This document shows, piece by piece, positions 1-12,261 of a DNA stretch of 64,000 nucleotides. Position 1 is the first letter of the stretch; each line of letters starts with the position of its first letter. Below the pieces are notes generated by a model. That model worked only from the letters and a program-made list of their open reading frames with translations, was not told the origin of the DNA and did no database searches. This stretch comes from Mustelus asterias (lineage: Eukaryota): contig NC_135809.1 in assembly GCF_964213995.1 (NCBI RefSeq), forward strand, positions 86,552,001-86,616,000, given 5' to 3'. A program made the position numbers and the translations under genes.

Positions 1-92
1 AATTTTATTTTCATGAGCAAAATGAAATAATTGAAACACAAACATCAAGAATATTTGGAGATACAATTATTGTACAGATTTATTGCTGTCAA

Positions 93-432
93 GGGGTGGC
101 ATGATGGCACAGTGGTTTGCACTGATGCCTCACAGGGACCCGAGTTTGATTCCAGCCTTGGGTGACTGCGTGGGTTTTGCACACACTCCCCATGTCTAAG
201 TGAGTTTCCTCCAGATGCTCTGGTTAACACCCAGAGTCCAAAGATGTGCAGGTTAGGTGGGTTGGTCATGCTGAATGGCCCCTTAGTGTCCCAAGATGTG
301 TAGATTGGGGGGAGTAGCAGGATAAGTATGCGGTGATAGGGGATGGGATCGGGGGGTGTGCTTGGGTAAGATGCTCTGTCAGACTCGATGGGCTGAATGG
401 CCTCCTTCTGCACTGTAGGGATTCTATGATTC
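93..432 (+). mobile_element. HE1-like tRNA-derived V-SINE, diverged
   Basis: tRNA-like head (TGGCACAGTGG...GTTTGATTCC), V-domain-like GAGTTTCCTCCAGATGCTC, CR1-type tail CTGTAGGGATTCTATGATTC; similar to copies at 10080, 27689 and 45617. Confidence 0.85.
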
Positions 433-1259
433 AAATATATAATTAGATACATGGGACGAGTAAATATAGAAAACATTTAACTGACCTTTGCTGAAGTGTC
501 AATCTTGTGTCTTACTCAAAGGTTCATTTTGTCAGGTGTGAAAAGTGTAGGACCATTACACGTGGAGAAGCTGAACAAGAAAGAACTTATTATATGGTGC
601 CTTATCACCTCTCTCAGAAAGTTGCCAAAGCATTTTCGCAAACCCTTCCAGCTCTTATTCAATTATTTACCTGATTATAAAACATGATTTTATGAAACAT
701 GATTATCAATAGTTCTTGCATATGTTTTTGTTCGTCTAGCACTCTATGAGGAAGGACTTTTCAATTGTCAAGGCTCCAGTGAGAAACACTTGAACAATTT
801 GTCAATCATTGACTGATTCTTGTTTGCAAAATCCAAGATCATCATCAAAACATCTCACAAACAGCACCCTATTTTTTTAATGAAAAATATCAATCGTACT
901 CAGTACCACAAGAAGATAATCCTAAATATCGTTCATGGAGAAATTGTAATATAATTGGCTTACATTATTAAAATACAGAAAAAATAATTCTCTTTTACCT
1001 TCGGTTATTTTTTCTGTTGCTGGGGTGCTGTTTGTTGAAGCAAAATCTGTCTTAATTTTCACTGTAAATTCAGGGTAATGGTCTCTTCCAATTATTCCCA
1101 ACAGCTCATGGCCAAAATTGCACATTTAATTCCAAGCTTCACACTCGAGCATAGGAAAATCTCGGAGAAACATCTTTCAGGCATTTCCAAAATTAAGAGA
1201 TCATTTTGTAGGTAAGGAATTTTATTTTTGTTATTTCATAACTAAACAGGTGCCACTGG

Positions 1260-1550
1260 CAAAAGTGTTAGTGACCAGAGGATATAAGATGATTGGCAAC
1301 AGAACCATTGAGGAGGTGAGGTAAATTACACAGTGATTTGTCACAATCTGGGGTGCACTGCTTGAAAAATTGGTGGAAATGCATTCAATATGTACTTTCA
1401 AAAGGCAATTGGAGATGTAGTTGAAAAGGTAATATGGGGCGGGCGGGGGAGTGGGGCAAATTCAATACCTCTTTCAAATAGCCAGCAGAGGCATGAGGAG
1501 CCAAATGGCCTTTCTTTGTTGTAAGAATCAAATTGTTTGATCTACCTGAA
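1260..1550 (+). mobile_element. old CR1 LINE 3' end fragment
   Basis: degenerate match to the 3' ends of the CR1 copies in this window (GTGACCAGAGGATATAAG...CCAAATGGCCTTTCTTTG). Confidence 0.55.
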
Positions 1551-1839
1551 TGAAGAAATAAAATAGTCACTGGATTTGCTTGGTTGGTTTTGAGTTATTT
1601 GCTAGTTAGGATTAATTGATTTTTAAACAAAATGATATCAATTTTTTTTTACACCGGCTCATCGTTCCTGAAGGACTTCCTTTTTTAACAGTGATAACCT
1701 TTTATGCTACTTTTGATTTTAGCTAAGGCCTTGTAGCCTTTACAGTTGGCTATTTGAGTCAGTCGTTATATATACATATATATTTCCCGCTCTGACAGTG
1801 TCTGATGCTTTGAACTTCAAGGGGGAAATGTGTTTTTGT

Positions 1840-2350
1840 CACAGGTGTGGGGAAGCAAACACCTGCCGCAATCAGCCACTCCCGGGCCAGCTCGCATCTG
1901 CTGTGGGCAGCGCACGAGGGGTCTGGAGCTGGGACCCCGGCGCGGGATCTGGAGACAACCCTGCACTGTGTGACCACAGGCTTGCGCATCAGGGCAATTC
2001 ACTTCCAGGACTTCTGCAGACAAAAGGCTGTGAGATGGGAAGGTAAGGCGGGGCTTTACTATTAACTGCTGGTATCATTTAAAAAATATATATCCTGCAA
2101 CACAACCTCCGCCTTCCCCTGTGTAGATTCCTTCATTTGTTTGCCGGGAGGGGAGTGGTTAATGCGGAGCGGACAAAAATTGTTCTCTGACTTCAATCAG
2201 CATCGTCATCTGGCTCCTCAATTGGGCGGGTTGCAGCCCTATCGCCCCGCACCCCCCTCCGGATAAATTGTGAGGAGGTGGGTAACACGTTGGGAAACAG
2301 GCACACTGTTCGTCTGGTGTAAATTTGCAGGCCCAATCCGCCATTAAAGC
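1840..2350. promoter_or_regulatory. CpG/GC-rich promoter-like region with candidate exon 1845-2042 (+)
   Basis: local CpG enrichment not explained by a recognisable repeat; ATTGG/CCAAT and GGGCGG motifs near 2221-2230 and 2332-2337; acceptor TTTTTGTCACAG before 1845 and donor AAG|GTAAGG at 2042. Confidence 0.4.
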
Positions 2351-2459
2351 CATCTGTCCCTAATGGCATCCTATTCGGTGTTATGCGTGATGTAATGTGC
2401 ATAAGATTTTGATGCAGACTGTTGTTGGAAACAAGGTCATGTCCTCAGCCATAGTAAAT

Positions 2460-2945
2460 GGGACGAAGCGTTCCAGCCAGTAAAGAATGTGCTATGCAGA
2501 AATTGGAGGGATTAAATATTCGTGAGAGCCCTGGACCAAATGGGATACATCCTAGAATCTGCAAGGAATTTAAGCAGGAAATTAGTCATGCTTTGGTTGA
2601 TATTTTTCAGACCTTCATAAATGCTGGAGAAGTACCCGCAAACTGAAGTATGGCAAATGTCGTTTCAATATTCAAAGGAGGAATAAAGCATGCACCTAGT
2701 AATTACAGGCCAATTAGCCTCCCATAGCGGCACAAAGAATGCTTGAGGGCATATTGCAGAATGCTATAAATGAGCTTCTAAAGCTTATGAGTATCACAGG
2801 GAGCAATCAGTATGGTTTTAGCAGTGATCAGTCATGCTGACGTACCGACTGTAATTCTTTGAGGAGGCAACAAGATGTATTTACCAGCGTTTTCAAAAGG
2901 CGTGCAGCTGATCAAGCTTAGTGCTCTTGGACTAGTTTACTGGCT
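2460..2945 (+). mobile_element. ancient CR1 RT fragment (pseudogenised)
   Basis: ESPGPNGIHPRICKE...GEVPAN*, NYRPISL and NQYGF motifs correspond to CR1 ORF2 KSPGPDGIYPR/NYRPVSL/SQHGF. Confidence 0.8.
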
Positions 2946-2957
2946 AGGGTGAACTCA

Positions 2958-3023
2958 TATATGCTTATGGTATTTGCTACCAAATAAACCTGTTGGACTT
3001 TAACCTGGTGTTGTGAGACTTCT
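2958..3023 (+). mobile_element. 66-bp Penelope-like 3' terminal insertion with 13-bp TSD
   Basis: GCTACCAAATAAACCTGTTGGACTTTAACCTGGTG also at 62391-62425; TAGGGTGAACTCA at 2945-2957 and 3024-3036. Confidence 0.85.
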
Positions 3024-3140
3024 TAGGGTGAACTCAGCCAGTAAGAATGGGTGGGTTGACGTTTCATGGGATGCTCAGATTTTAATCTCAAAGCGGGCCC
3101 CCAACTCATCTCCAGTCTGAAAAGTCACTGTAACACCTTA

Positions 3141-3246
3141 CCTGACGGTGGCTTTTGCTACCAAATAAACCTGTTGGACTTTAACCTGGTGTTGTGAGAC
3201 TTCTTACTGTGTTTATCCCAGTCCAACGTCGGCATCTCACATCATG
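3141..3246 (+). mobile_element. 106-bp Penelope-like 3' terminal insertion with 8-bp TSD
   Basis: matches ~62382-62479 including the tail extension; ACACCTTA at 3133-3140 and 3247-3254. Confidence 0.85.
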
Positions 3247-3399
3247 ACACCTTAAATCAACAGCAGAACATTGTGGAATGAATTATGGATAGCTATTGCT
3301 GTCAGTTAATTTTTGACTCCTGCTTTTTACTTTATGATTTCATTCCTGATGGATACAGTGCTTACTAATTTAATTTTCTCTTTGTCAGTCAGAGCTTCT

Positions 3400-4550
3400 T
3401 GGTATCACTCTTCCCTCTGATTCAGAAGGTTGTGGGTTCACATTGTATACCAGACACTTGGCCATGTGAGTCAGACCAGTGGTTCCCAATCAATATACTG
3501 TGAAGACCCCCCAAGTGTGCTGCAAAAAAAGATTCAAAATGACTCAAACTGATCTTTGTTTTCAGCTCCTTGGTCAGCCTCTCCAAGGCCAACAAACCTC
3601 AGGCCTCTTGCACGTGCACGGCTGGGAAAGAGCCACATAATGTGGTTTAGATTTTTAAAATGTTGGTTTAGGGCCATTGCATGACCAACGGGACTTGTGC
3701 CCAAACAAAAAATGAAACTCAAAAAGGACGTAAAAACCCTAGGAGAAGAGAGAGAGGTTTTAAAAAAGGATACGCTGTTCTGAAAATCACAATATTGAAA
3801 CTATGCCAATTACTTGATGTCTATAGTTATGTTTAGCTAATGTCTAGATATGCGATTCTGCAGTACCTTTCTTAATTGTGTTATCACCTTTTTTAATACT
3901 TTCATTTTCTACTTGAGGTAATAGTACTCAAAATATTAATACAAAAGTAAAATAATGCAGATGCTGGGAATCTGAAAAAATGCAGGAAAAACTCAGTTAA
4001 TCAGACAACATCTGTGGTTCAAACAGTCAACATTCATGTTGATGACCGTTTCAAAATATTAAAACTTGTGTGAATTGAATAAATTATTTATGAACTGTCT
4101 ATTTAAGGAAATCAAGATTCCCTTTGTACAGTTTAGATTTATATTGTTGTTTACATTTTTCCAAGTCAATGGTGATGGCTCGAACTGAAGCTCCCAGTGT
4201 TCTGCGTTTATATGGTGGCAATCAGATTGTTGGCATCCACACAGTGAAACATGGAAACCCGCGGTTCTGGATTTTCTGTGCATGTCACCGTTCTCTTTGA
4301 CGGCTAACGCAGGCTGAAAGTTGTCCCACTGAGCTGCTAAAGCTTATGAGTATCACAGGGAGCAATCAGTTTGGTTTTTTGCTATAGGGCAGTTCAGAGA
4401 AAATAGGAGGTGTTTCTCAAAATTATTTTATAATAGAGGTATGCCGTGACATATAAAAGTTCGGGAACCATTGAGCTAGACTGACAGCTCAGTGCAGTAG
4501 TGAGTATTTCGCTGTCAAAGGTGCTACCTTTTGGATGAAATGGAAGCCCC
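3400..4550 (+). mobile_element. Deu-domain (SacSINE1-like) SINE split by a hAT element
   Basis: CTCTGATTCAGAAGGTTGTGGGTTCA head before 3477; the SINE resumes after 4481 with TGACAGCTCAGTGCAGTAG...CTTTTGGATGA. Confidence 0.65.
3477..4473. mobile_element. non-autonomous hAT (Charlie-like) DNA transposon
   Basis: TIRs CAGTGGTTCCC / GGGAACCATTG; degenerate 8-bp TSD AGTCAGAC / AGCTAGAC; interrupts a SINE. Confidence 0.7.
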
Positions 4551-5519
4551 ATATAAATGTAGCTCCTTTAATTTCCTGCTTTTAAAAAATAAAATGGCTG
4601 ACCCTATCAATTTTTAAAATGGCACAAGAAGAGATGTAATTGATATTCTGGGTATGTGAAGCTCTGAGGAATCCAGCGATTTAGCAGTATGCAGCAGGAA
4701 GGTTCTGGATTTTGGCATCACTAAGGAGGTTGGCCTTGGAGATTGGGATAACTGGAATTGGGAACAGTTGGGATTTGGCAGTGCGCCTGTGGAAGTGCAG
4801 CACAGGGGAGGATGTCTGGAAAAACTGGATATTATTGCGGGAGCATAAGTGTTAAAAAGTTAGTCTGCGGAGAAGCTTGTCATCAAAGGAATGAAATGTA
4901 GCTTGGGTCTGTAGATGATGGGCGATTTGCTCTACTAATTTGCCACAAAAGACAAGGAAGATGAAACTCTATACAGAATGCTGAGAGGCAGCAAACAGAT
5001 TGAGGGTGGAGCAGTGTAATGGGCAAGGCTGGATGTGACAATGGGTTAAGTGGCAGATTGGATCCAAACTCTTTGGCATCATGGGTGAGGATCCGTTAAA
5101 TCAAGTGGATTAGGAGGGAGTTGAATTGCTAAAGTATCCATTGACACACAATTCATTTGCATAGAACTTGTGTTATCAGCACTTCGGGTGCCATTTCAAT
5201 ACCAATGTAGCATCTGTGTCACGTGCACACCTGGTGCCATTAGAGCAGGTTGATATTGCAGCTATGTTTTCAGCAGCTATTGGGTTTCCTCGCCTGTGTT
5301 TGGCAAACTTTTATTGGTGAGTTTTCCTGGCTAGTGTTCAGTTTTGTTTTTTCCACAATTCTAACTTCCTCAATTTTATTTGATTACTTTTTACTTCCAT
5401 TCTGATATTCTGAGGCTGCTTGAGCCAATAACGAATAAAGCTAAACTATGATGGGCAGGCGGCAAGACAGATATAGCAATTTTTTAGCGCAATTTTTAAA
5501 AATGTAACTTGGATTGAAA

Positions 5520-5760
5520 TTAAAAACAGAAATACTCAGCGGACCAGACAGCATCTGTGGAGAGAGAAAGTGTTAACATTTCAGATAGGCGACCCTTTAT
5601 CAGAACTAAAGCATGATAAAAGCGAGGGACAGGAAGGAGGAAGAAATGAAAAATCTGCGATTGGGCGTAGAACAAAAGAGACTAAATGACTGAAGACTTC
5701 ATGGTATAAAAGTTAAAGGACATGGTGACGGGTATAGTAAGGAAACATAAGATAAGGTCT
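5520..5760 (-). mobile_element. old Penelope-like 3' end with decayed hammerhead (~5570-5607)
   Basis: minus strand AGTTCTGATAAAGGGTCGCCTATCTGAAATGTTAAC, followed by TCTCTCCACAGATGCTG as at 13115-13145. Confidence 0.6.
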
Positions 5761-6394
5761 TTTGTGTTTAATAATTAATGCAAGTCCATCATTCATCGCC
5801 CATCATGCTTTAAAGTGTCAAAATTATTTTTGTTACACCCGTTGTTTCCTTCAAGCTTTTTTTTGATCTTGTTAAGCTGGATTTTCTCTGAAGGAAGCAG
5901 CCAGAGATTTATAAGCAATTGCCAAACTTCAGACGCTTCCTGCAACGATCGACGACTAATTGACCTTGTGATGTGGATTGTTTGACCACTTCCCCACAGG
6001 TGATGCTTGAACAGCGGCCTTAAAGGGACAGACCTAATTCAGTGAATCTTATCTCTGAACCCAGACTGCCTGCTAACAGTCCAATGTGAGATCAGTTAGC
6101 ACTAAATAACTGAAATGGATAATGTAGGTACTGATGTCAAGTAGTGATTGATGAGAATCAGGAACTCTGGTGTCCATCAGGTAGCTTTGAAATTAACATT
6201 GACGTTAAAATGCCTTTGATATGCAAACAGGTTCATTCAAGCACTTACTGATTAGAGTGAAATTTCAGCAAAATACTCCCTATTAATTTGCATCCTTGCA
6301 CATTAACCTACTTACTTAAATAATTTGCCGATCTGTTTGCATGTTCATTTTCTTTCACTTTTCCAGAATGTTTTTCCCTATCAGCACTTTACAA

Positions 6395-8893
6395 TAGTGG
6401 AGGAACGGATATGCCAGGAGATTCTGGATATGTGCAGAAAAAATAGCGTTGTTGTAGCGGGAGACTTCAATTTCCCTGGAAAGTGCTTAGGGCTGGGGGT
6501 CTGGACTGGGAGGAATTTGTAAAATGCGTACTGGAAGGTTCTTTGGAACAGTATGTAGATAGCCCAACTAGAGATGGGGCTATACTGGATCTAGTTCTGG
6601 GAAATGAGCCCGGTCAGGTCGTCAAAAGTTTTGGTAGGGGAACATGTGGCAAATAGTGACCACAACTCTGTTAACTTTAGGATAGTAATGAACAAGGATG
6701 AGTGTTGTCCTAAGGGTAGGGTGCTAAATTGGGGGAAGGCTAACTATAGCCGGATTAGGCAGGAATTGGCAGCCGTTGATTGGGAGAGGCTGTTCGGAGG
6801 TAAGTCCACGTCTGTCATGTGGGAGTCTTTTAAGGAACAGTTGATAAGGTTGCAGGACAGGCATGTGCCTGTAAATAGGAAGGATAGGAAAGGTAGGATT
6901 CAAAAGTCGTGGAAATCCAGGGAAATTGAGGATCTGATCAAAAAGAAAAGAGAGGCGTATGTTAGGTCCAGGCAACTGAAAACAGATGGAGCTCTGGAGG
7001 AATACAGAGAGAGTAGGAAAGAACTCAAACGGGGAGTTAGAAGGGCAAAAAGAGGTCACGAAATGTTCTTGGCAGATATGAATAAAATGCCTTAGGATTC
7101 TCCTCAATCCTATGTTAGGAACAAAAGAGTTGTCAGGGAAAAAGTCGGACCTCTCAGGGACAAAGGAGGGGAATTATGCTTAGAACCCAAGGGAATAGGG
7201 GAGATCCTAAATGAATACTTTGCATTGGTATTCACAAAGGAGAGGGACTTGTTGACTGGGAGTGTCTCAGAGGGAGGTGTTGACCCGCTAGAGAGAATCT
7301 CCATTACAAGGGAGGAAGTGTTAGGTTTTTTAGGTAACATTAAAACTGACAAATCCCCAGGGCCTGATGGCATCTATCCTAGACTGCTCAGGGAGACAAG
7401 AGATGTAATTGCTGGGCCTCTGACGGAAATCTTTGTCTCTTTGTTGGACACAGGTGAGGTCCCTGAGGATTGGAGGATAGCGAATGTAGTACTGTTATTT
7501 AAGAAGGGTAGCAGGGATAACCTGGGTAATTATAAGCCAGTGAGCTTGATGTCCGTGGTAGGGAAGTTGTTGGAGTGGATTCTTAGAGACAGGATGTATG
7601 CGCATTTAGAACGGAACAATCTCATTAGTGACAGACAGCATGGTTTTGTAAGAGGGAGGTCGTGTCTTACAAATTTGGTGGAGTTTATTGAGGAAGTGAC
7701 AAAAACGGTTGATGAAGGAAGGGCCGTGGATGTAGTCTATATGGATTTCAGTAAGGCATTTGATAAAGTCCCTCATGGCAGGTTGGTTAAGAAGGTTAAG
7801 GCTCATGGGATACAAGGAGAGGTGGTAGAAAACTGGCTTGGCCACAGGAGACAGAGGGTAACAGTTGAAGGGTCTTTTTCTGGCTGGAGGTCTGTGACCA
7901 GTGGTGTTCCGCAGGGCTCTGTACTGAGACCCCTGCTATTTGTGATATGTATAAATGATTTTGAAGAAGGTGTAACTGGTGTTATCAGCAAGTTTGCGGA
8001 TGACACGAAGATGGCTGGACTTGCGGATAGCGATGAACTTTGTTGGACAATACAGCAGGATATAGATAGGCTGGAAAATTGGGCGGAGAAATGGCAGATG
8101 GAATTTAATCCAGATAAATGCGAAGTGATGCATTTTGGAAGAACTAATGTAGGGGGAAGTTATACAATAAATGGCAGAGCCATCAAGAGTATAGAAACAC
8201 AGAGGGACCTAGGTGTGCAAGTCCTCAAATCCTTGAAGGTGGCAGCACAGGTGGAGAAGGTGGTGAAGAAGGCATATGGTATGCTTGCCTTTATAGGACG
8301 GGGTATAGAGTATAAAAGCTGGAGTCTGATGATGCAGCTGTATAGAACGCTGGTTAGGCCACATTTGGAGTACTGGGTCCAGTTCTGGTTGCCGCACTAC
8401 CAGAGGATGTGGAGGCTTTAGAGAGAGTGCAGAGAAGGTTTACCAGGATGTTGCCTGGTATAGAGGGTCTTAGCTATGAGGAGAGATTGGGTAAATTGGG
8501 CTTGTTCTCCCTGGAAAGACGGAGAATGAGGGGAGACCTAATAGAGGTGTACAAAATTATGAAGGGTATAGATAGGGTGAACAGTGGGAAGCTTTTTCCC
8601 AGGTCGGAGGTGACGATCACAAGGGGTCACGGGTTCAACTTGAGAGGGGCGAGGTATAACTCAGATATCAGAGGGACGCTTTTTACACAGTGGTGGGGGC
8701 CTGGAATGCGCTGCCAAGTAGGGTGGTGGAGGCAGACACGCTGGCATAGTTTAAGACTTGCCTGGATAGTCAGATGAGCAGTCTGGGAATGAAGGGATAC
8801 AAACGAATGGTCTCGTTGGACCAATGAGCAGCACAGGCTTGGAGGGCCGAAGGGCCTGTTTCCTGTGCTGTACTGTTCTTTGTTCTTTGTTCT
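6395..8893 (+). mobile_element. 5'-truncated CR1 LINE with disrupted ORF2 (APE endonuclease C-terminus + RT)
   Basis: VVAGDFNFP and NSDHN (endonuclease); KSPGPDGIYPR, VYMDFSKAFDKV, GVPQGSVL and KFADDTK (RT) across ORFs 6604-7095, 7225-8421 and 8409-8777; (TGTTCTT)n tail. Confidence 0.97.
7225..8421 (+). pseudogene. CR1 reverse transcriptase fragment (398 aa between lesions)
   Basis: RT motifs QHGF, DFSKAFD, PQGSVL and FADD; stop upstream, frameshift downstream. Confidence 0.9.
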
Positions 8894-9429
8894 TAATACT
8901 TGTAGTATTCAGAAGCAATGGGGAATTCCTCTCAATCCAACATGTCTTTCCCAAAGAATAATTTGTGAAATACAGTCTTTCCAATGGTTGTGTTAAATAA
9001 ATTCCCAGTTGAAGTGTATAGTTTCAAAGTCAAAATCCATTACTCTTCTTTAAAAGAATATTATTTTTGGGGAGATAAGTTATTATCTTTGAATATTCTC
9101 CAGTTTTCTTTCCGCGGATTCCTAAAATGTATGGGACCTCCGAAGAATTATCCCTGTTATGGTTGTATCTGTACTGTTGAACGATTGAATCTGTAATGTC
9201 TATGGAAATGTGCGCTACCAGCAAGCAAGAATAAGATCACAGCAGATTGCACCATATAAGTCACTCAATTTTTTTAACCAAGTTTGCTTCCCTTCATCTC
9301 CTGAAGGTGCTAGTATGTGGTTCATGGGTTTTGGCAGCTTTTTGGTTTCCTCCCCATAAGGTAGAATGGTCTGCTAAGCCTCACGCATGAAGGGTGACAT
9401 TCAGATGGGGAACCAAGAAGAAAGAAAGA

Positions 9430-9770
9430 CACGCATTTTATTGGTACCTTTTGCAATCCAAGTGCAATGCGATTTATAACCACCAAAGTATTTTCAAAGT
9501 GTAAATGCCGTTGTAATGTAGGAAGGGCAGCAGCTGATTTGCGCTCAGCAAGATCCCGCAACAGCAATAAGATAATGAGCAGATTTTTAATTTATTTATG
9601 ATGATAAATACGACACTGATGAGATCCACTGCTTTTCTTCAAAATAGTACTGTGGGGTTTCTTTTTACAATGTCTGAAAAGGCATATAGCAGTGCCAGCC
9701 CAGGTTTTTTTGATCGAGTATCTGGAGTGGTACTTCAACCCAACCCATTCTGACTCAGCCTCCCAGAACC
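9430..9770 (-). mobile_element. Deu-domain SINE (SacSINE1-like)
   Basis: TGTAATGTAGGAAGGGCAGCAGCTGATTTGCGCTCAGCAAGATCCC (reverse Deu domain); reversed head TCTGGAGTGGTACTTCAACCC...TTCTGACTCAG. Confidence 0.7.
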
Positions 9771-10079
9771 TACTGTCACGTTTGCAGAAAGCACTGATTT
9801 ATATGGGATGGTGCATAGAATGTTGAAAATCCTAAAATAAGACCAGAATATCCAAAAATCCTGTGTAATTCAGGAAATGTGAATCTGAATTGATCAAACA
9901 GTCAATTGGGCTGGTGAAATGTTAACATTTTGTAATGTAATCTATTATTCTGGATATCAAGAAATTATTTTATATAAATAAGCAAAAATGAAATTTACAT
10001 AAACCTTATTACACTTCCCAACTTTTCATCTGACAGGCAACAAATTATCATATAGGCAAAAATAGCAGTCATTTAAATA

Positions 10080-10412
10080 GGCGGCACGGTAGCACAGTGG
10101 TTAGCACTGCTGCTTCACAGCTCGATTCCCGGCTTGGGTCACTGTCTTTGTGGAGTTTGCACATTCTCCTCGTGTCTGCGTGGGTTTCCTCCGGGTGCTC
10201 TGGTTTCCTCCCGCAGTCCAAAGATGTGCGGGTTAGGTCGATTGGCCATGCTTAAATTGCCCCTTAGTGTTCTGGGATGCATAGATTAGAGGGATTAGTG
10301 GGTAAAATATGTAGGGATATGGGGGTAGGGCCTGGGTGGGATTGTGGTCGGTGCAGACTCGATGGGCCGAATGGCCTCTTTCTGTACTGTAGGGTTTCTA
10401 TGATTTCTATGA
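10080..10412 (+). mobile_element. HE1-like V-SINE, young
   Basis: GGCGGCACGGTAGCACAGTGGTTAGCACTGCTGC head, V domain, tail CTGTAGGGTTTCTATGATTTCTATG; small deletion in the head. Confidence 0.92.
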
Positions 10413-12261
10413 AATGTTGAATCACAGGCATATTTAAAATTGTCAGCTAGTCTGAACATATGCTACATCAGCATTGATTGAAAGAAGCAAGTCACCCAAA
10501 ATAGCATGGGCATAAAATAACTATCTGCCCATAGCTAGTCATATATCCTCCACTGCAGTCTCTGAACTGTCTCAACCTTGGTCCCAAAATTTCTATGGGT
10601 GAGAAAGCTGCCTGAACAATCTCTTTCCATGCTGCCTGGCAATTGTGCTTTGACAGGGAAAAACATATAATTGGCCCAAAACACATCATATCAAGACAGC
10701 TGCTTTTGAAAATTTTCCAATGCCTGTTATATGATGAACAGAAACATTTTTATGAGCTGATTAATATTTTAAGGTAATCCTCAAAAAAAATAGAAAAGAA
10801 GGCACAAAACACAGTAAGTGAGGCACTCACTCATATATTAGGGACATAATAGTTTGATTCTGGGGGATACCATGGGTTAAATTGGGTAACCTCAAAAACA
10901 GAGATGAGGTTTGTGGTATATGATTATCTCTCTCAACTATTCATTACACTGCAGGCAACAAATTAAATTGCAGTGCACCAAGATTTTCTGATACTGCACT
11001 GGAGACCTTGAACAGGAAGATAAACATCAGGAGGGCCTGCATTTGCTCAGGAGGCAGTGGGGAGAAATAGCAGTGAAGTTCATTGCCAGATATGTCATCC
11101 CAAGAACATGGATGTACAACTGAAAAGAGATTTAATGATCTCATATGAATAGTCAATTCAATCTTCAAACAGCATATCCAACTAATAACGCCAGTAGCCT
11201 CATTCAATGACTATCCATCACTCACCGACCAACGGCCTCTATCAATCAATACTTCACTCTTCAATTCATATGTTGTACCACACCTTCACACATTGCAAGC
11301 CTTGCACCCAAAACTCACAGCATGTAAACATGGGCAGCTGTTCAAACAGGAGACCCACATGACAAACATATTGCACGAAACTTACTGACACGCTTCCCTC
11401 TTTTCTTGCAAGAGCAGGTGACAAATAACAGGAGGCAGCAACACCAAACAGGAAGAGGTTAAATGTAGCAACATGTATTAACCCGCAGGTGGAGGCAGTG
11501 TGGGCCTTCATTAGAAGGGACAATGCAGGGGTTGTGGCCATTGATGATGAGGGTATAATGCTCCTCTCTTCCCATTTCTCCATCATCCCACAATCTCAGC
11601 TGACTTACAAGCTGCAGGTGGTGAAAGCACACAGGTCTTATTTTCTCCTCTTCCATAACCATTACCCAACCCTTGTCCTTTATTCATTTCAAATATTCAG
11701 ATCTGGAACATTTCTAGTCAAAGAAGGCCGGGGAAAAAGACAGTGAAGAAGGAAAAACAGCATCACCCAATTATACACTTGAAGGAACAGTTCGGCAACT
11801 GATACTGCAGGTATTTTAGACTAGGGCCGGAATTTTACTGGCACAGTGACTCGCCACCAGGAGTAAATATCGATTCTGAGCTCACGTAGCTGACAGGTGG
11901 GACCACAGAAGTGATTTTGCTGGTGACAACTTATTAGGAAGCACTGCCTGGGACCATTGACCCATTAAGGCAGCACCATGGATTGAGATGGCACTGCTGA
12001 AGCTGCATAGGAGGAAATGGTGCCTTCATCTTGAGGTGCCCTTGAAGGGAGGAATTTTAAAAAGTGTGTCAGGGCCACACAGGCAACTTTGGTGATCAGA
12101 GAAATGGACCATCCAGCGGCGATCTTGGAGCTACTGCCCAGGTAACCACTCTGTGGGCCATTCGGCATCAGGAAAGGAAGGAGCCACTGCCCCCCCTTCT
12201 CCTCCCCCCCCCCCCCCCCCCCCTGTCCTGCCTTCTCCCCAGTAGGCTACTTTGAGGCGCT

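Noticed and set aside
45-476. 143-aa ORF, and similar ORFs at 24858-25448, 27430-28005 and 40793-41263
   Set aside because: Chance reading frames through SINE sequence; similar peptides recur at each SINE copy
890-1125. Minus-strand mini-gene MCNFGHELLG...TE|GLSSCGTEYD with a 77-nt intron
   Set aside because: Short, no recognisable homology, and overlaps an equally plausible plus-strand exon; cannot be supported
6120-6330. Octamer ATTTGCAT and AT-rich motifs as an enhancer; other unique-looking stretches at ~15.5-16.3, 26.1-26.5 and 47.5-47.9 kb as conserved non-coding elements
   Set aside because: Single motifs are expected by chance, and conservation cannot be judged without alignments
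12200-12223. Poly-C tracts here and at ~12790, 30550-30600 and 31840 as functional G-quadruplexes
   Set aside because: Simple homopolymers, mostly within or next to repeats; their lengths are unreliable in assemblies
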